From positions 73,472-137,471 of the IMG/VR virus record IMGVR_UViG_3300050343_000117: a stretch of DNA of 64,000 nucleotides; one strand, 5' to 3'. This DNA is from a virus. Under the pieces are notes generated by a model. The model did not search any database. It saw only the letters and a list, made by a program, of their open reading frames with translations, and was not told where the DNA came from. The stretch's first letter is position 1; each line of letters begins with the position of its first letter. The position numbers and the translations under genes were made by a program. This document shows positions 61,711-64,000 of the stretch, one piece after another.

Positions 61711-61743
61711 TTTTCACCTTTGTTTGTGTATACCAATTAGATT

Positions 61744-61778
61744 TATTTATATAAAAAAAAGGGGGACCGAAGTCCCCC
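61744..61778 (-). terminator. UUCG terminator followed by a late promoter
   Basis: GGGGGAC-TTCG-GTCCCCC-T8, then TATAAATA at 61744-61751. Confidence 0.8.
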
Positions 61779-61800
61779 GACATGCTACCTTGAGCGGGAA

Positions 61801-62376
61801 TTATTGACCTAAAATGTAGTTGTATATATCTTTCCAGTTACGCATCAATGGGAACTCACTATCCTGATTGTAACCATGTGACATCACTACAGACTCTAGA
61901 CCTACCTTCGCACCAGCGATGGCATTCTCTACCTTGTCCTCTACCCATAGACATCCTGTGTCACGGTAGAACTCCAACTCTTCGTCCTTGTCTGCTCCTG
62001 TGTCGAGATACACATACTTCTCGAATACTGTTGGACCGAACAACTCTTGGAGATTCTTAGTGCGCAAGTGTTGCGCGTATTCGTCGTTACTCAAAGAGGT
62101 GATTGCGTGGAACACGTAACCATGCTCTTCGTGCAACTTACGAACATACTTGATTGCGTCACGGAGCGGCGGAACCTTTCGGATCGTCGCACTCTCGTTG
62201 AACATGCGACATAGTCGTCGCTTCTCGTTGCGTTCCAGACCGTACATGACACCTACGTCATACACATCTGGATTCTTGATCACGTAGTTGTGGCGCTTCA
62301 TCCACTGTTGGAATGCGTACATCCAATCAAGAAGTACTCCGTCACAATCCACTAATATAACTTTATCTCTCATCAT
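61801..62376 (-). CDS. HAD-family phosphatase / 5'-nucleotidase (T4 30.2-like)
   Basis: ILVDCDGVLLDW, AITS, K, WVED. Confidence 0.85.
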   Translation of the reverse strand: MMRDKVILVDCDGVLLDWMYAFQQWMKRHNYVIKNPDVYDVGVMYGLERNEKRRLCRMFNESATIRKVPPLRDAIKYVRKLHEEHGYVFHAITSLSNDEYAQHLRTKNLQELFGPTVFEKYVYLDTGADKDEELEFYRDTGCLWVEDKVENAIAGAKVGLESVVMSHGYNQDSEFPLMRNWKDIYNYILGQ

Positions 62377-62567
62377 CCCTCCGTTAGGAACTGAACAACT
62401 CCAGTTCCACCTTGTCGCACATCATTTAGAATCTCGTAGACTTGACTTGGGGTGTACCCATAGTCTTGCAGGGCAAGTTGGATACCGCCCCAGTCTGGAT
62501 TACCCGAAGGTGGTTGATGAATGTAGTGAAAAACCAAATCTTCAACTAACTGTTCACTTGCTCTCAT
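62373..62567 (-). CDS. hypothetical protein
   Basis: GAGG RBS; follows a TTGACA...TATAAT promoter. Confidence 0.55.
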   Translation of the reverse strand: MRASEQLVEDLVFHYIHQPPSGNPDWGGIQLALQDYGYTPSQVYEILNDVRQGGTGVVQFLTEG

Positions 62568-62639
62568 AGAAACCTCTCACTTTTGAAACACAATTATATC
62601 AACTTATGGGGGGTTTGTCAACACTTATTTTGAAAATAT

Positions 62640-63485
62640 TTACGGAAATAATGCTCTTGTGAATTTGGAAGTCTTGTAACGATTGTCGTTCCAATGCTTT
62701 ACCATATCGACCTTCCACTCACCACCAGTGTAGTGACAAAACTTTGCATTATCAAAGAACTCTTGTTCGGTCGCATAGTGTGGACTGTCGTTCCAAGTGG
62801 TATCGATAGTCTCTACATCGAATTCATGCTTCATCAACTGCGCAGAGATGTACGGTTGATCATTCATGATAGACATGTGGAAGTCACCAGTGTAGCACCA
62901 GTCTTCCCAGTTCATGAACAGTTCACGTGCACGTAGACGTGCCTCCTTGGACCACAGAACCACACCTGTATTCATAATGGTTAGTTTAGATGGTCGGTTA
63001 GGTGGCATTACAGGGACGATAGGACAGTCATGCAATTCGAACTTACGACAGAAGTCGCGGTAGTTGGATTCCTTCGAGTCCCATGAATTGTATCCACCCC
63101 CATCGGCAGTAACGAAGTCTGACTCTAGGACGCCGTAGACCTCGGCACCAGACTCCATCTGATCAAAGATATTCTCTTTGGTATTGACTACGATGTCCGT
63201 ATCAACGAATAGTAGGTTGTCGTATTGGTCGAACATAGGGTCCAACCAGACACGAGCGCATTCGTGCAGTAGTGAGGTAGAACAACCGTGACCTTTGGTG
63301 GCAACTCGTTCATCTGAGTAGACGTGTTCTGCACCGATCTTCTTTGCGTATTGTTCGAATGATGTACGGGATATATCCGCAACTTCTTTATAGAGGGAAG
63401 AACGCGAACCGTCCCAGCCCGGAATATCACCGCGAGCATCTACTGCGTCACTCACGATCATATATTGAAAAATTACATTAGACAT
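62640..63485 (-). CDS. GT-A glycosyltransferase (GT8/GT34-like)
   Basis: LFVDTDIVV, MNTGVVLW, NDQPYI, WN, FCHY. Confidence 0.75.
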   Translation of the reverse strand: MSNVIFQYMIVSDAVDARGDIPGWDGSRSSLYKEVADISRTSFEQYAKKIGAEHVYSDERVATKGHGCSTSLLHECARVWLDPMFDQYDNLLFVDTDIVVNTKENIFDQMESGAEVYGVLESDFVTADGGGYNSWDSKESNYRDFCRKFELHDCPIVPVMPPNRPSKLTIMNTGVVLWSKEARLRARELFMNWEDWCYTGDFHMSIMNDQPYISAQLMKHEFDVETIDTTWNDSPHYATEQEFFDNAKFCHYTGGEWKVDMVKHWNDNRYKTSKFTRALFP

Positions 63486-63500
63486 TCTCTAGCCTTGTCA

Positions 63501-63974
63501 TCAAGCGTTCTGCGGTCGATTCGTCACTTGTCGATACCATTTCGAATCACGACCTTCAACTGCCGCGTTCACCCAATCCTCATTTTGTAAATGAAAATAC
63601 ATGTTCTTGAACTTACTTAGTCTTGGTCTACCTAGGTTGAACATCATGTTGACCAAGATTTGTTGTACCTCATCTGGCCAACTGTGGAACCCGTCTCCGT
63701 ATAGTACAGCACATTCGTAGATTGCGACGTTGAGGTCGTGGTCGAATGCCTCGCTAACTCTTTCGGGGGAAACTTTCGTTCCGACTGGAGCGCCGTACTC
63801 TCCGTCACTTTCCTTGATGAGATGCCCAACACCGAACGTGGGATAGTTGAGATGGTCGAGGTAAATCTCATAGACGACTCCTTCGTCAATCTTTAGTTGT
63901 TCGAATACTGATTCTCTGTTCATGATCTGATTCACTTTAGATTTGCACCATAATTTACGAATTAGTTCTATCAT
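63501..63974 (-). CDS. T4-type lysozyme (GH24)
   Basis: LKIDEG...YLDHLNYPTFGVGH (E-D-T triad), LVNMMFNLG, DSKWYRQV. Confidence 0.88.
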   Translation of the reverse strand: MIELIRKLWCKSKVNQIMNRESVFEQLKIDEGVVYEIYLDHLNYPTFGVGHLIKESDGEYGAPVGTKVSPERVSEAFDHDLNVAIYECAVLYGDGFHSWPDEVQQILVNMMFNLGRPRLSKFKNMYFHLQNEDWVNAAVEGRDSKWYRQVTNRPQNA

Positions 63975-64000
63975 AACTTGATGGCAAGAACCACCAAGAT

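Noticed and set aside
7638-63974. Frameshifts in the fibre (10213), DUF4815 (16210), collagen (23347), gp48, methyltransferase, gp2, tape measure, DUF262-HNH, carbamoyltransferase and probably the lysozyme end, read as pseudogenes or programmed recoding
   Set aside because: They are scattered 1-2 nt indels without a shared slippery motif and hit essential genes; sequencing or assembly error is far simpler. Only the gp26 site is kept as a candidate.
1-64000. Stop-codon reassignment, diversity-generating retroelement, tRNA genes, introns or inteins
   Set aside because: Gene breaks are frame changes rather than in-frame stops; no reverse transcriptase, template/variable repeat pair, cloverleaf or splicing motifs were seen by eye

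Overview
A 64 kb segment of a large T4-like myovirus, probably uncultured and aquatic, with no cellular housekeeping genes, tRNAs or CRISPR seen. Positions 1-33 kb (minus strand) hold a tail/baseplate module: gp48, gp53, gp27-like, gp5, gp25, gp6, gp7-like, gp8, a DUF4815/VrlC-like protein, a ~1100-residue collagen fibre, a repeat-domain fibre with chaperone and a 1580-aa tetrapeptide-repeat fibre. Positions 33-38 kb (plus) hold gp4, gp2, gp54, gp26/gp51-like and a tape-measure-like gene. Positions 38-53 kb (minus) hold gp32, gp33, small early genes behind repeated sigma70-type promoters, and a DNA-modification cluster. Positions 53-64 kb hold glycan-tailoring enzymes, a nuclease, a holin-like gene, a HAD phosphatase and a lysozyme. 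T4 late promoters (TATAAATA) and UUCG/GAAA terminators are present. About ten genes, several essential, are split by 1-2 nt indels, which most likely reflects sequencing error. There are two stand-out observations. (1) The 1580-aa protein has two ~606-aa arms that match unit-for-unit in mirror order around an 81-aa tip, implying a giant antiparallel hairpin with a protein-level 'complementarity code'. (2) A CmoA-like enzyme, a C5 DNA methyltransferase with motif-X Asn replaced by Arg, and an ATP-dependent amide-ligase-like gene sit between two nucleases, pointing to cytosine carboxymethylation/hypermodification. All family calls are from motif recognition by eye; no searches were run.
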